The notes under the pieces are model-generated. The model was not told where the DNA came from. It ran no database searches and saw nothing but the letters and a program-made list of their open reading frames with translations. Position numbers and translations under genes: made by a program. DNA of 64,000 bases from a phage. The DNA lies in the sequence record PZ452611.1. The stretch is one strand, 5' to 3'. Below, piece by piece: positions 1 through 9,991 of the stretch (position 1 is the stretch's first letter; every line of letters begins with the position of its first letter).

Positions 1-16
1 GAATCCTGTAGGGGTT

Positions 17-361
17 ATGTCCACACTGTGGCGAAAACCTGATTACCGTTTTCATCCTTCGGATTATGGTGGGTATTTACCGGAGGATGATGTAAACCCC
101 TGGTTTCCTGAATTTATAGCTCCACGTGATGCCTATCCAAAAATAACTTGCGGCTGGATAGGCAATGGATTTATAATCCCGGCCACAAAACCTGTCCCGC
201 AAATAGTTGACGCGGTTAGCGGGTATTCCATGCAACACGCCAAGCTGGGTGGAAAGAGTGCAAGAACGAAGATGATCCGAAGCCTCACGCCACGTGGCTG
301 GGCAAAAGCCGTATTCTTAGCAAACGAGCCTGTAGTAAGGAGCAGAATTAATGGGAAGTAA
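17..361 (+). CDS. hypothetical protein
   Basis: 114-aa ORF; ATG at 17 after AGGGG; stop overlaps start of next gene (ATGGGAAGTAA); no motif recognised. Confidence 0.4.
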   Translation: MSTLWRKPDYRFHPSDYGGYLPEDDVNPWFPEFIAPRDAYPKITCGWIGNGFIIPATKPVPQIVDAVSGYSMQHAKLGGKSARTKMIRSLTPRGWAKAVFLANEPVVRSRINGK

Positions 362-2429
362 ATTTATGGCATCTGCATACAACCGTTTCGGTGAGCCAAA
401 CCCGAAAGCAACTAAGTATAAAAGTGGGGGAAGTGTGAAACGAGACTATCGTGATGAAAAAGAGGTTGAAACTGTAGAGACTGTTTTAGAAAATACTAAA
501 ATCGTCCCTGTCCCACAACAAAATATCGGTCTGATGGCTGCACAATATTTTGGTGTGCGATCAGCATTGTCCCAAGAAGACGGTGTGACAGTTACTGCAA
601 CATATTTCCCATATTACGACCGCTACGGGAATCTGTCCGGTTTCAAAAAGCGTGACTGGACGATCCCCAAAGAGCAACGTGGGCACTTTACGACGGTTGG
701 GATCGTAAAGGCTAACTCCCAAATGTTTGGGCAAAAGCTGTGTGCATCTTCTAACAACCGTAAGCAGATTAACGTTTGTGAGGGGGAAGGCGATGTTATT
801 GCAGCATGGCAGGCTGCATATCAGATACAAGTAAAAGGGATTCTCACCAACGCTAAAGCCCCGGCAAAGGTGAAACAGTGGGCTAAAGAGGTCCAGGACG
901 GGATCGATGCAGTTATCAACGGGGGTGATCTGGCAGGAAAACCCTGCCTGCCTTTTGTTGGAATTAACTGTGGATGTGCAAACGCAGTAGATACTTTTGC
1001 AAACAATGAGAAATTTATCCGTAGCTACGGAACAGTGGTCCTTGCAATGGACAACGATGCAGCTAACGAGGTAGAGAAGCAAAAACACGTTATCAAAGGT
1101 GTTGAAGCCACACATAATATCGCGGCATTTTTGATGGCGGATAACGTTTACCACGTGGAATACCCCAGTGAGGTAAACGACCCTGACGGTGTAAAAGATA
1201 TCCGTGACATGCTGAAGGCTAAAAAGCTGGAAGATATTGTCAACATGTTCCGTCACCCAGTCAAATATGTGCCCGATGCTGTATCTGATTTAGAAGACTT
1301 CTCCATTGAATCTCTTCGTAAGAAGACTTCTAATGGCGTAGATATCAGCGCGGAGTTCCCTAAATTGCAGAAGATGCTGAAAGGACTCCACAAAGGCACC
1401 TTGATGATGCTGACAGGCCCATCTGGCGGTGGTAAAACAACTGTAGCCAAGAAACTAGAACACTGCATTGCAAAATACTTGATGGATCCGACATGCCCTA
1501 AAGCCGATGATTATGAAGAGGATGATCGCCTGTGTCTGATTCACCTTGAAGAGGACCCTGAGGAAGCAATTAACTCTCTATACGCCAACCAGTTGGGGTT
1601 TGATGTTAAAGAGTTTGTTGAAGACCCTAGTCAGTTCCTGACTGATCAGGAGCATGCTGAGATTCACCAATCTTGGGCCAAGGCTGGAAAAATCAAAGTG
1701 TTCAAGCATTTTGGGTCTATTCCTGTAGATGAGTTGATCACTAAGCTTAAACAAATGGTGTGTCTGTATCACTGCCGTTACATTGTGCTGGATCACCTGT
1801 CCATGGTAATTTCAGGGCTTAATGTTAAGGATGAGCGCAAAGAACTTGACATGGCTATGACGCAACTAGCCGCGTTCTGCAAGCAGTTTAATGTATTTAT
1901 CTTGGTGATCGCTCACCTGAAACGCATAGAGATTGTGCCTCCAAAGGACAAGGATGGGAATCCGTTACCTTTCTGGTATCCTGTACGAAAAGAGAACCTT
2001 CGGGGTAGTGCCGGATTGGAGCAACTTAGCTGGGTAGTTGTTGGGGTGGAGGCAGAAGAGATGGTGGATCGTTCCCGTGGACGTGTCCGACTGGTAGGTC
2101 TTAAAAACCGCCCAGCAAAAACGTTAGGCATTGCGGATACCTTAGTTATGGATCCCCACACAGGTAAGTTCCATGATGCCAGCAACTGGTACTGGGACAA
2201 AGAAATGCAGATGTTCACAGACGGCGAAGGTGGGGAGGTTGTTTGGAGACCTCAAGCTATGTTTGAGGATCAAGGGCACGCAGTTGTAGAAACACCTGTA
2301 GGTAGGGTTGTGGCTGATAAGGTTGTAACTCCTACTGTTAACCCTGTTGACACACAAGAAGACCTCCCGTATGATGATCCGTCCTCTGACCATGTTCCCG
2401 GTTTTGAGGATGATGAAACACCTTTTTAA
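351..2429 (+). CDS. DNA primase/helicase (TOPRIM primase domain fused to DnaB/T7 gp4-like helicase)
   Basis: RBS AAGGAG 8 nt upstream; TOPRIM motifs VCEGEGD and LAMDNDAANE; Walker A LTGPSGGGKTTVAKK; helicase-type C-terminal half; no N-terminal Cys4 zinc finger seen. Confidence 0.85.
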   Translation: MGSKFMASAYNRFGEPNPKATKYKSGGSVKRDYRDEKEVETVETVLENTKIVPVPQQNIGLMAAQYFGVRSALSQEDGVTVTATYFPYYDRYGNLSGFKKRDWTIPKEQRGHFTTVGIVKANSQMFGQKLCASSNNRKQINVCEGEGDVIAAWQAAYQIQVKGILTNAKAPAKVKQWAKEVQDGIDAVINGGDLAGKPCLPFVGINCGCANAVDTFANNEKFIRSYGTVVLAMDNDAANEVEKQKHVIKGVEATHNIAAFLMADNVYHVEYPSEVNDPDGVKDIRDMLKAKKLEDIVNMFRHPVKYVPDAVSDLEDFSIESLRKKTSNGVDISAEFPKLQKMLKGLHKGTLMMLTGPSGGGKTTVAKKLEHCIAKYLMDPTCPKADDYEEDDRLCLIHLEEDPEEAINSLYANQLGFDVKEFVEDPSQFLTDQEHAEIHQSWAKAGKIKVFKHFGSIPVDELITKLKQMVCLYHCRYIVLDHLSMVISGLNVKDERKELDMAMTQLAAFCKQFNVFILVIAHLKRIEIVPPKDKDGNPLPFWYPVRKENLRGSAGLEQLSWVVVGVEAEEMVDRSRGRVRLVGLKNRPAKTLGIADTLVMDPHTGKFHDASNWYWDKEMQMFTDGEGGEVVWRPQAMFEDQGHAVVETPVGRVVADKVVTPTVNPVDTQEDLPYDDPSSDHVPGFEDDETPF

Positions 2430-2487
2430 TGTTTAACCAAGAGTGGGAGGGGTAGTACAACCGCCTCCCCTTTAAGGAGAACTGTAT

Positions 2488-4911
2488 ATGAGCATGTGGT
2501 CTTTCGATTTTGAGTCATCCGGTTTGCTGGAAGACCCAGATCTTTATTATCACTGCGGCCTGTTTAAAGAGTTGAATAAGAACCGTTTTATGCTGTTCCT
2601 TCCTCTGAATGACCGCACACACTACTCCGAGGAGGATATAGAGAAGGCTAAGAACTTTATTCTGGCAAAGAAAACTCTTTATAAGGATTTTGAAGTTCGC
2701 ATAGCAGATTTTTCAGAGTTGGAAGGTTGGCTTACAGGCAATTCTGACTGGTCACCCACAGCTTTGAACTGCCACAACTGCTACAGCTACGACTTTATGC
2801 TGATGGAGAGATTGTCCGGTATTCATTTTGATATGTTCCGTGATCCTAAGTGCATGGGGACTATCAACGACCACCAGGTTAATCTGTTTGATACGTTGGC
2901 GATGAGCCGAATCTTGTGGCCTGATCGCCCTTTACCAAAAGGTTGTCCGGACTCTGTATTCAACCCGGTTACTAAGAAAATGCAGCCTGTTGGTCCTCAC
3001 GGCCTTATGGCATGGGGCTACGCCCTTGGTAACCAGAAAGTTCAAATTGATGACTGGCGCGATCTTCCGTTGTGGAAGTATGTGGATCGTGTATTCGAGG
3101 ACGTTATCATCCAGGAGCTGCTCTGGAAAGAGCTGGTAGCGGAATCAAAAGGTGTATTCTACGGCAAATCTGACATGCAGAACTTTATGTACGATCCAGC
3201 CAAAGAGAAGCCGAAAGGGTTCAAGAAGATCACCTGGAAGAACGCATTACGTCGAGGCATGCTGCAGCACTTCCTGATGGAGCTGCAGGCCCGTCAGGGT
3301 GTATACTTCGACATAGATGGAGCTATTGCTTTACGTGACCGTTGCGATGCGTGGATGAAAGAAATCGCTGATCGTGTTGAACCACAACTACCTTTAAAAG
3401 AGCTGTCAATGTCTCAGCGGCCCAAGTTCCCTGAAAAGCCGTTTAACCAAGACGGGACAATCTCTAATAATGGTTGGAAATGGTTAAAAGATAAGCTTGG
3501 CTATCCTGTAGACATGAGTGCTTTAGAGTTCAAAGCCCCGCCTAAGCGAGCATTTACCTCTACAGGAGATGTCAGCAAGATGGGGATAAAATGGTGTGAA
3601 GAGATGGGCTGCAAAGACCCCGATAAGATGGCTGATTTCTTGAGAGGCTATATTAAGGGCACCTCCACACCACAACCCTTACCTAAAGAGCTGATGGATC
3701 AGGCAATAAGTGATCTGCAGCAGAAGCGAATGCCTGACTGCAAGATACCTATGAAAATCAGCAATCAGGACGACATCAAGCGATACCTAATCAGTGCTGG
3801 TTGGCTCCCAACAATGTGGAGAACTAAAGATGTAACTAAAGACAGCAAGAAGAAAGCTTTACCTGATGCAGATGTTGATGCACGAGTATATGCATATATG
3901 GACGAGCTTTTGGAGTCAGAGTATTGTGACCTAATTATCAACTTCTGGAACAAAACTGATGCTAAGTTCCAGACAACCGTGCACAAGTTCCGAAGCTTTC
4001 CTAACTCCGAAAGGATTAAAAAGGAAGTATTCGGGAAAATACGTAGAAAAGCCAGGGCACTTATTACTTCTCCGCAACTGAAAGATACGTTTGGACACCT
4101 GTGTCCGAATCTTGAAAAATTGAACGGAGAGATGGCTAAAGATATCGTCTTGTGGTTATCATTGCGAAACCGCAGATCGGTCCTTGATCCAATCAAGGAG
4201 GATAAGGTTGATACTGGTCTTCTTAATCACCCACGTTTGAAGATTGACCATAAGCTTCCTGCTAAAAGCTCTGGATTAACAAACACTTCCAGACAGAAAC
4301 ACAGTATTTGTGCAAACATGCCTAAACCATCTCCTAAAGTGGTTATGGGTAAAGAGATGCGTAGTCTGTGGGGTGTTCCTCCGGGATACTTTGAGATCGG
4401 TATTGACGGGTCCAACTTAGAGCAGCTTATCGGGGCTTGGGGTGCCTTTGAGTTCGACAACGGCTTGTATTATGATGTTGTAAGTAACGGAGACGCACAC
4501 CAAAACAATGCTGAGGCATATACAAAAGTAGCAGGCAGAGAGGTGTCCCGTAACGACGGTAAACCTATCACGTATGGGGTTATGTACGGGGCACAAAAAG
4601 ATAAAGTTGCAGATATGCTGGACATCTCCCCAGAGTTGGGACAAAGGGTAATCGATGCACTCTGGGATGCCAACCCAGGTCTTAAGGGGCGCAAAGAGGA
4701 TCTGGAGAAATTCTGGGAAGCAACAGGTAAGAAGTTTATCTACTCTTTTGATGGTCATGCTATCTGGACCCGATCTAAACACTCTTTACTTAATGCATAC
4801 CAACAAAATGGCGGTGCATCGTTGTGTGACTTAGTTGGAATACTCATGCACCACCAGATGGTGAAGCGTGGGTGGTACGATGAAGGTGTTCGTCGTATTA
4901 TTTATTACCAT
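2488..4911 (+). CDS. DNA polymerase, family A (T7 gp5-like), exon 1: 3'-5' exo domain plus polymerase motifs A and B
   Basis: RBS AAGGAGA; exo I motif FDFESSG; motif A EIGIDGSNLEQL...FEFDNG (T7 GADASGLELR...FDNG); motif B ITYGVMYGAQ; frame stops right after His of motif C (IIYYH-K-stop). Confidence 0.85.
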
Positions 4912-5187
4912 AAATAACATTGTGGCTTCATAGAGTAATCTATGTCGAATAACCTCTTTAACTGCGGGAAGCCTAAACCTTATGGCAAGGTAATCCGCAA
5001 CGAAGCGCTCAAAAGAGCGAACGCTCAGAGGCCATTCCGAAAGGAAGTAGACCAGCAAGTGCGGTCGAAATGGGAGGATTCCTGTGGTTGCTTATCATAG
5101 GAATATGAGATGGTCCGATCCTACGTGAAAACGTATGGCTATGCACGTAATGGTGCGGGGTAGCTTAACGACCTACCTGAACTATTG
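4912..5187 (+). ncRNA. putative group I self-splicing intron (ORF-less) interrupting the DNA polymerase gene
   Basis: 276-nt insert exactly within motif C; follows a U (4911) and ends with G (5187); GUGG 4922-4925 can pair with exon CCAU (P1); P/Q/R/S-like elements aactgcgggaag (4960-4971), aatccgcaac (4992-5001), gtagaccagc, gagatggtcc; stops in polymerase frame. Confidence 0.55.
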
Positions 5188-5541
5188 GATGAGTACCAAC
5201 TTCAAGTGCCTGACACACCGAAGTATAAGACTGTGTACACCTTCGACACAATTGAAGAACTGGAAGCATTTAAGGCAGAGCAGGAAGCCAAACTTCATGT
5301 GTTCGACGGTCATAAGTACAAAAAGGCACGCAAGGATGAGGACGGAAACGAAGTGGTTGACAGAGACGGAAACACGGTGTACGATCCTATCCTGAACGAT
5401 AACGGAAAGCTTGAACTTATCTGGAGCCCTGTGGGTGAAATGGTGGTGCATTGCTTCTGGCAAGCTTCTAAAATGATGGGAGTCCCGTTCCAGATCACAG
5501 GTGAATACTTGTGTGGTAGTAACTGGGGTGATTGTCACTAA
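5188..5541 (+). CDS. DNA polymerase, family A, exon 2: rest of motif C (DEYQLQV) and C-terminus
   Basis: Same frame as exon 1; no ATG/RBS of its own (frame opens after stop at 5161-5163); ends GSNWGDCH, matching Pol I-type C-terminus (E. coli GENWDQAH). Confidence 0.75.
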   Translation, partial: DEYQLQVPDTPKYKTVYTFDTIEELEAFKAEQEAKLHVFDGHKYKKARKDEDGNEVVDRDGNTVYDPILNDNGKLELIWSPVGEMVVHCFWQASKMMGVPFQITGEYLCGSNWGDCH

Positions 5542-5590
5542 TGTAAACTATCAGCACAAGGAGGTGCTGTTGAGCAAAGAGGAGACTTTT

Positions 5591-5875
5591 ATGGTAGTAG
5601 AGCCAACAAAAACATTTACATCCATGACCATTCCTGTTATTATGCAGGTGGAGTGTGTTCAGGTATCTCAAGTGTGGCCTGGCACCAAAATCCCAACAGG
5701 GCCTGATTTCTTTCAGGTTGGGAAAGTGTACAATGTCTGGAAGGCACCAGATTGTTACCCTTTCATTAAAGATGAACGTGGGATGCTGTGGTATCTTGGA
5801 AATGACTTGACACTGCACCTTGGGAATGCTATTATTGCAGTATTCAGATTTAACAAGAAGGAGACCGATCAATGA
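5591..5875 (+). CDS. hypothetical protein
   Basis: ATG with GAGGAG RBS 6 nt upstream; track ORF 5501-5875 trimmed to this start. Confidence 0.45.
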   Translation: MVVEPTKTFTSMTIPVIMQVECVQVSQVWPGTKIPTGPDFFQVGKVYNVWKAPDCYPFIKDERGMLWYLGNDLTLHLGNAIIAVFRFNKKETDQ

Positions 5876-6099
5876 CGACTTTGGTTAAAGCTACCTTTGT
5901 AGAAGAAAAGATGACAGACATGTCATTCTTTAAAGAAGGAAAGACCTACGAGGTTTATTACGATAAAGCTCGTGCAAACAAAATGATTAAAGACGAGGAA
6001 GGGGTTGACTGGTATATCTCTCACCTGGCAAACGGTGAGTATCATATCTACGGAACCACTTTGCTTGCCAAGTTTGTAGTTGTTGAAGAGGACCTATGA
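5872..6099 (+). CDS. hypothetical protein
   Basis: RBS AAGGAGA; ATGA start/stop overlap with upstream gene. Confidence 0.45.
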   Translation: MTTLVKATFVEEKMTDMSFFKEGKTYEVYYDKARANKMIKDEEGVDWYISHLANGEYHIYGTTLLAKFVVVEEDL

Positions 6100-6290
6100 A
6101 AGTAAAGTATCTTGCTGAAGGTATGAATAGGTATTTTACCCTTGGTGAAGAATATTGGCCCTTTACAAACAACGGCGATGTCTACGTGAAAGATAATTTC
6201 GGCACGCCGTGGTTTCTGCACTCTAATGGGCTGGGATACTCCATTTACTGCGGTGCAGTGAACAACACAACTCTTGCAGAGTTCGTTTAG
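6096..6290 (+). CDS. hypothetical protein
   Basis: RBS GAAGAGGA; coupled to upstream gene. Confidence 0.4.
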   Translation: MKVKYLAEGMNRYFTLGEEYWPFTNNGDVYVKDNFGTPWFLHSNGLGYSIYCGAVNNTTLAEFV

Positions 6291-6300
6291 AGGAGGTAGG

Positions 6301-6672
6301 ATGTTAGTAAAAGGTACCCACACAGTCAAACAACGTATTGAAGTTGAGATTGATGATTGTGAGCTGAAGCATATTTTACGGTCATGCTCCAACGTTTTGC
6401 TCCTTAGTATTCTTCAGGAGCGAGCGGAGAATGAGTTCTTAAATGCATTGGCAGGCCGTCCCGGTGACTTCTGTGTGCGTAAGCGTGGTGACAACAAGTC
6501 ATGGTTGTGGGAAATCGATGCCGACTGGGATTACCACAAAAATGAGGGTATAGATGAGCCTATTCGTGAACTGACTGAAAACGAAGTTCAGATGTACGAA
6601 GATGTTTGCCAGTGGGCAAAAAGTCAACAAACCTACCTTGATCCTTGGTGGATGATTGAAAATAGTCGTTGA
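6301..6672 (+). CDS. hypothetical protein
   Basis: ATG 6301 after GAGGAGG; track ORF 6274-6672 trimmed. Confidence 0.45.
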   Translation: MLVKGTHTVKQRIEVEIDDCELKHILRSCSNVLLLSILQERAENEFLNALAGRPGDFCVRKRGDNKSWLWEIDADWDYHKNEGIDEPIRELTENEVQMYEDVCQWAKSQQTYLDPWWMIENSR

Positions 6673-6697
6673 CAAGAAGTAAGGTTAGATGTAAGAT
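6669..6697 (+). promoter_or_regulatory. sigma70-like promoter
   Basis: TTGACA-17-TAAGAT. Confidence 0.45.
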
Positions 6698-6748
6698 ACT
6701 CCTCACAAACAGAGTATTGATTGTTAAATAATTAAGGAGACCTCTAAG

Positions 6749-7003
6749 ATGAAAATCATGTTGAAACCAGAATGCGTTGCAAACGACCGAGCTTTTAAAG
6801 ATTGCACACTTGGCGCTACTTATGAAGCAGAGTTTTGTGAGAACCCTTTGGTAAAAGCCCTTTTGGAAGAAGGGGCCCCTCTATCACAAGAAGAGCTTGA
6901 TGAGCTGGAAAACTCAGCACAGTGCCTTACCTTTAAAGATGATGAAGGAGACTCTGTCTGGTGCACTGTTAACGAAGTAGTTTTTGTAAAAACTGAACAT
7001 TAA
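6749..7003 (+). CDS. hypothetical protein (tandem paralogue 1)
   Basis: RBS TAAGGAGA; shares KPE..NDRAFKDCT and GDSVWCT motifs with 7067-7327. Confidence 0.5.
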   Translation: MKIMLKPECVANDRAFKDCTLGATYEAEFCENPLVKALLEEGAPLSQEELDELENSAQCLTFKDDEGDSVWCTVNEVVFVKTEH

Positions 7004-7006
7004 TAC

Positions 7007-7044
7007 TTGACAACAGCGATAGGACCTAATACAATGGTCCTATC
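7007..7044 (+). promoter_or_regulatory. sigma70-like promoter overlapped by 9-bp inverted repeat (operator-like)
   Basis: TTGACA-17-TACAAT; GATAGGACC (7018-7026) / GGTCCTATC (7036-7044) flank the -10. Confidence 0.45.
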
Positions 7045-7066
7045 AAAACGAAAGGGGACCACAGCA

Positions 7067-7327
7067 ATGACCAAACAATATCAACGAATTAAAGCCAAGG
7101 TTAAGCCAGACTACCTAGAGAAGGACTCTGCTTTTCGGGACTGCACAGCTGACAAAGTTTACACAGGGGCCGTCCTGTTGAACGATGAACTTGAAGTAGA
7201 TATTCTGGGTAAAGAGGCCGTTATCGAGGATGACAACGGTGACTGTGTTTTCTGCACCACACGGGAGCTAGAAGTCTTAGAATACTTCGGTGAAATCTTC
7301 AACTCCTTAGACGACGAGGAAGCGTGA
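7067..7327 (+). CDS. hypothetical protein (tandem paralogue 2)
   Basis: ATG 7067 after AAAGGGGA; KPDYLEKDSAFRDCT and GDCVFCT similar to 6749-7003. Confidence 0.5.
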   Translation: MTKQYQRIKAKVKPDYLEKDSAFRDCTADKVYTGAVLLNDELEVDILGKEAVIEDDNGDCVFCTTRELEVLEYFGEIFNSLDDEEA

Positions 7328-7716
7328 TGAAAAATATTTGGGATATTGATATCTTTGAAGCCTCTAAGCTTGACGGTGCTGATGGAGTGATTATGGTGTC
7401 TGATGGCAAGGCAACACTAACTTCCGGAGACATCATCTATGCCTTGGACGAGCTGGCGCTTCTGAAATCTACCGGTAACACTTTAGAGGAGCGTCTTCAA
7501 GGCTTCGCCTTCAAAGAAGGCACAAATACCGCCATGATGTGCACCACACGGACAGTTCAGGTGGGTAACGGTGTCTATATGATCATTGCTGTGTGTCCTA
7601 AATTCAGCAACGTCAACAAAGATGATACTGACGCTGTCAACGATGTGGTTGTTCTCTTCGTTGGTGACGCTATGGCAGATCTGATGAATGCAGGAGAGGC
7701 AGCAAATGAAGACTGA
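7327..7716 (+). CDS. hypothetical protein
   Basis: ATG overlapping upstream TGA; 129 aa. Confidence 0.4.
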   Translation: MKNIWDIDIFEASKLDGADGVIMVSDGKATLTSGDIIYALDELALLKSTGNTLEERLQGFAFKEGTNTAMMCTTRTVQVGNGVYMIIAVCPKFSNVNKDDTDAVNDVVVLFVGDAMADLMNAGEAANED

Positions 7717-8008
7717 AAACATCACCCCCGCAGGGTTCTTAAAAGTATACCGTGAACTGCTATACACTACAGAGGACAGTGTTCTAGAGTATCCAGAATA
7801 TCTTTTGCTGTATAAGTATCTGCAGGAGGCTGGTGAAAATCTGCCAGTTAGTGCAGAAGGTGGTCCGAACTGGATATACAGCGCATGGAGAAAGGTTGAC
7901 ATTCTCCCAGACCCAGGTAAAGATATGGTAGTTTGGCAGCTTATCAACAACATCGGGATTCCAATCTTTGATGAAGCTGTTAAAATCTATTTTGAACTTG
8001 ACGATTAA
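7706..8008 (+). CDS. hypothetical protein
   Basis: ATG 7706 after GGAGAGG; overlaps 3' end of upstream gene. Confidence 0.4.
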   Translation: MKTENITPAGFLKVYRELLYTTEDSVLEYPEYLLLYKYLQEAGENLPVSAEGGPNWIYSAWRKVDILPDPGKDMVVWQLINNIGIPIFDEAVKIYFELDD

Positions 8009-8025
8009 TATCAGGAGACCTTAAG

Positions 8026-8271
8026 ATGGCTGAAGTAGTTGCTCGCGCAGGACAGAAAGTACGTTGTGTGGAAGTAGGTTTTGGTGGCAAAGGGTGTCAA
8101 AACTTGACTCAAGGTAAGGAATACGCTGTTATTTCTGGTGGTGGCGACGAGAGTATTGTGTTCGAGGGCCACATCCTGGATGCTGAAAACTTTGAAATCT
8201 TTGACGACGATGGAGATCCGATCACCTGCCTGCTGGACGGGAATTGGGGAACTTTCGAAGTGATTGGCTAA
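8026..8271 (+). CDS. hypothetical protein
   Basis: RBS AGGAGA; 81 aa. Confidence 0.45.
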   Translation: MAEVVARAGQKVRCVEVGFGGKGCQNLTQGKEYAVISGGGDESIVFEGHILDAENFEIFDDDGDPITCLLDGNWGTFEVIG

Positions 8272-8354
8272 CAAATACCTATTGTAATTTACAGAAGGGG
8301 ATGCTAAAATAGTGTCTCCTTCTATGTTGTTCAAATAAAATCGGAGATTCCATA

Positions 8355-8720
8355 ATGGAACAAATGAACGATCAAGCGTCGGTTGCGATGAACGAGCAAG
8401 AACAACCTCAAGAATTTTTCTTAGGGTTAAGTAAAGATCAAGTGTCTCTTCTGCTAGTGCTTTCTTCTTTCATGGGAAGACTTCAGGAGCTCACACAACA
8501 GCCAGAGGCTGAACAATTATTCCAAGCTTTGCGTGAAGAAGAAAAATATCGTCGTTTGGACTATGCCTTAGGTTGGGTAGCTCAACAACGGGATATGCTG
8601 ATGGCCCTCTCTGGGACCACAAGTTTTGCAATGGGCCTGTTGGCTCAAGTTCAGGACAAATTAATTCAAGCAGGGTTCGCACACACGGCAAGCACTAACG
8701 AAGAACAAGGAGACAAATAA
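8355..8720 (+). CDS. hypothetical protein
   Basis: RBS GGAGA; 121 aa; stop overlaps next start. Confidence 0.45.
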   Translation: MEQMNDQASVAMNEQEQPQEFFLGLSKDQVSLLLVLSSFMGRLQELTQQPEAEQLFQALREEEKYRRLDYALGWVAQQRDMLMALSGTTSFAMGLLAQVQDKLIQAGFAHTASTNEEQGDK

Positions 8721-9991
8721 TGAGCGTTATTCAACAATTCGCTAACCCAATGAATCCGCGTGAAACTGTTTTACTGGCTCACGGCATGATTAAACGTGTT
8801 AGCATCAAGCCTATCAAAGGTGCTGATCCTACAACAGGTATTAAAACCACTGTGTGGCAAGGTAAGAAAATTGAATCCAGCCACACCATCTCTTTACTGA
8901 TTTCTGAACTGGATTCCTCTGATAACCTGCTTCAAGGTGGTGAAGAGGTCTGGATCAGCATGGGTGATAAGCTGCTTAAACCAGGTCATCAAGACTCTGT
9001 CTCTGTTAAGATTGATGACAAGTGGGAAACCGTAACGCCAGGATGGATCGTAAATATCCCTTTGAAGGCAAACGAGCATAACGGTAAGACCTATTACAAA
9101 GGCTCACTGGCTAAGATGGTTAAGCTGGGCGCAGGAGAGGCTCCAGCAGCGACTCAGCAGCAAAAACAGCAACAAGGTGCACAATCACAAGGCCAGAAGC
9201 AGAAACCTCAGCAGAATGCCAATCAGGACGTTTTACGCATCTATGGCGATGTGACTCAGATTGTTGGCAACGTGGTTACTGTTAATGACCACAAGATTGG
9301 CGAAGGTGCCATGGTTGTCACTGATGAGCAGCTTAAAGACCTGGTGGTAGGTGGTCGTGTTGCAGCCATTGTTGACAAAGACACTGGAAACATTATCAGT
9401 GGTTTCAAAGCCTATCCACCTAAGGCAGAGAACGGCACTCAAGGCTCTGGTGGCAAGCGTAAATCCTCTTACGACCCTATCGGTGTGGAAACGGGGCATA
9501 GCATCAATGCGTTGCAAATCATCCTGGATCGCGGGTTTAAGGTAGACGACCCACTAGGAGTGGCTAAAACACTGCACGTAGTCACCATTGAGCTTAAGAA
9601 AGAGTATGCTCAAGCCACCAACCGAACTGAAGATGAAGTAGGTGCCAGTGTCGGTAATGCGGTGTTGAACGCTTGTCGCCGTATTGACAAGAAAACGAAA
9701 GTTGATGATTTTGCAGCGGCAATTACTGCAGAAGCAAAAGATGTCTTGACTAATCTGGCTGAGCCGTTGTACGATTGGATCAAGAACGGTGCTGGGTCAA
9801 CCGACCATCAAGAACCTCAGGCTGCCAAACAGGAAGCAGCTCCACAGCAAAACACTGTAGACGCTCCTCCTGTAAATGATGAGGAAGATGACCCGATGGA
9901 TCAGAATCCGGCGCAGTATGACTTCTGTGATGACATACCTTTCGCTCCGGTAGGTTTGCAATATGGCAAAAGTAGAATCCACGCATTGTAA
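8720..9991 (+). CDS. putative ssDNA-binding protein (SSB-like acidic tail)
   Basis: RBS AAGGAGA; Gln-rich linker; acidic C-terminal region with DDIPF (E. coli SSB ends DDDIPF), here followed by 15 extra residues; located in replication module. Confidence 0.4.
   Translation: MSVIQQFANPMNPRETVLLAHGMIKRVSIKPIKGADPTTGIKTTVWQGKKIESSHTISLLISELDSSDNLLQGGEEVWISMGDKLLKPGHQDSVSVKIDDKWETVTPGWIVNIPLKANEHNGKTYYKGSLAKMVKLGAGEAPAATQQQKQQQGAQSQGQKQKPQQNANQDVLRIYGDVTQIVGNVVTVNDHKIGEGAMVVTDEQLKDLVVGGRVAAIVDKDTGNIISGFKAYPPKAENGTQGSGGKRKSSYDPIGVETGHSINALQIILDRGFKVDDPLGVAKTLHVVTIELKKEYAQATNRTEDEVGASVGNAVLNACRRIDKKTKVDDFAAAITAEAKDVLTNLAEPLYDWIKNGAGSTDHQEPQAAKQEAAPQQNTVDAPPVNDEEDDPMDQNPAQYDFCDDIPFAPVGLQYGKSRIHAL

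Noticed and set aside
561-4782. Antisense ORFs inside the primase-helicase and DNA polymerase genes (for example 561-1256 minus, 3765-4196 minus, 4417-4782 minus)
   Set aside because: Shadow ORFs on the opposite strand of well-supported large genes; no independent signals.
4942-5100. 52-aa ORF (MSNNLFNCGKPKPYGK…) inside the intron as a homing endonuclease
   Set aside because: Too short, no GIY-YIG, HNH or LAGLIDADG motif, and it overlaps the P/Q-like intron elements; at most a remnant.
5185-5541. Stand-alone 118-aa gene starting with TTG
   Set aside because: No ATG or RBS; the frame opens right after a stop and begins with the DE of polymerase motif C, so it is read as exon 2 of the DNA polymerase.
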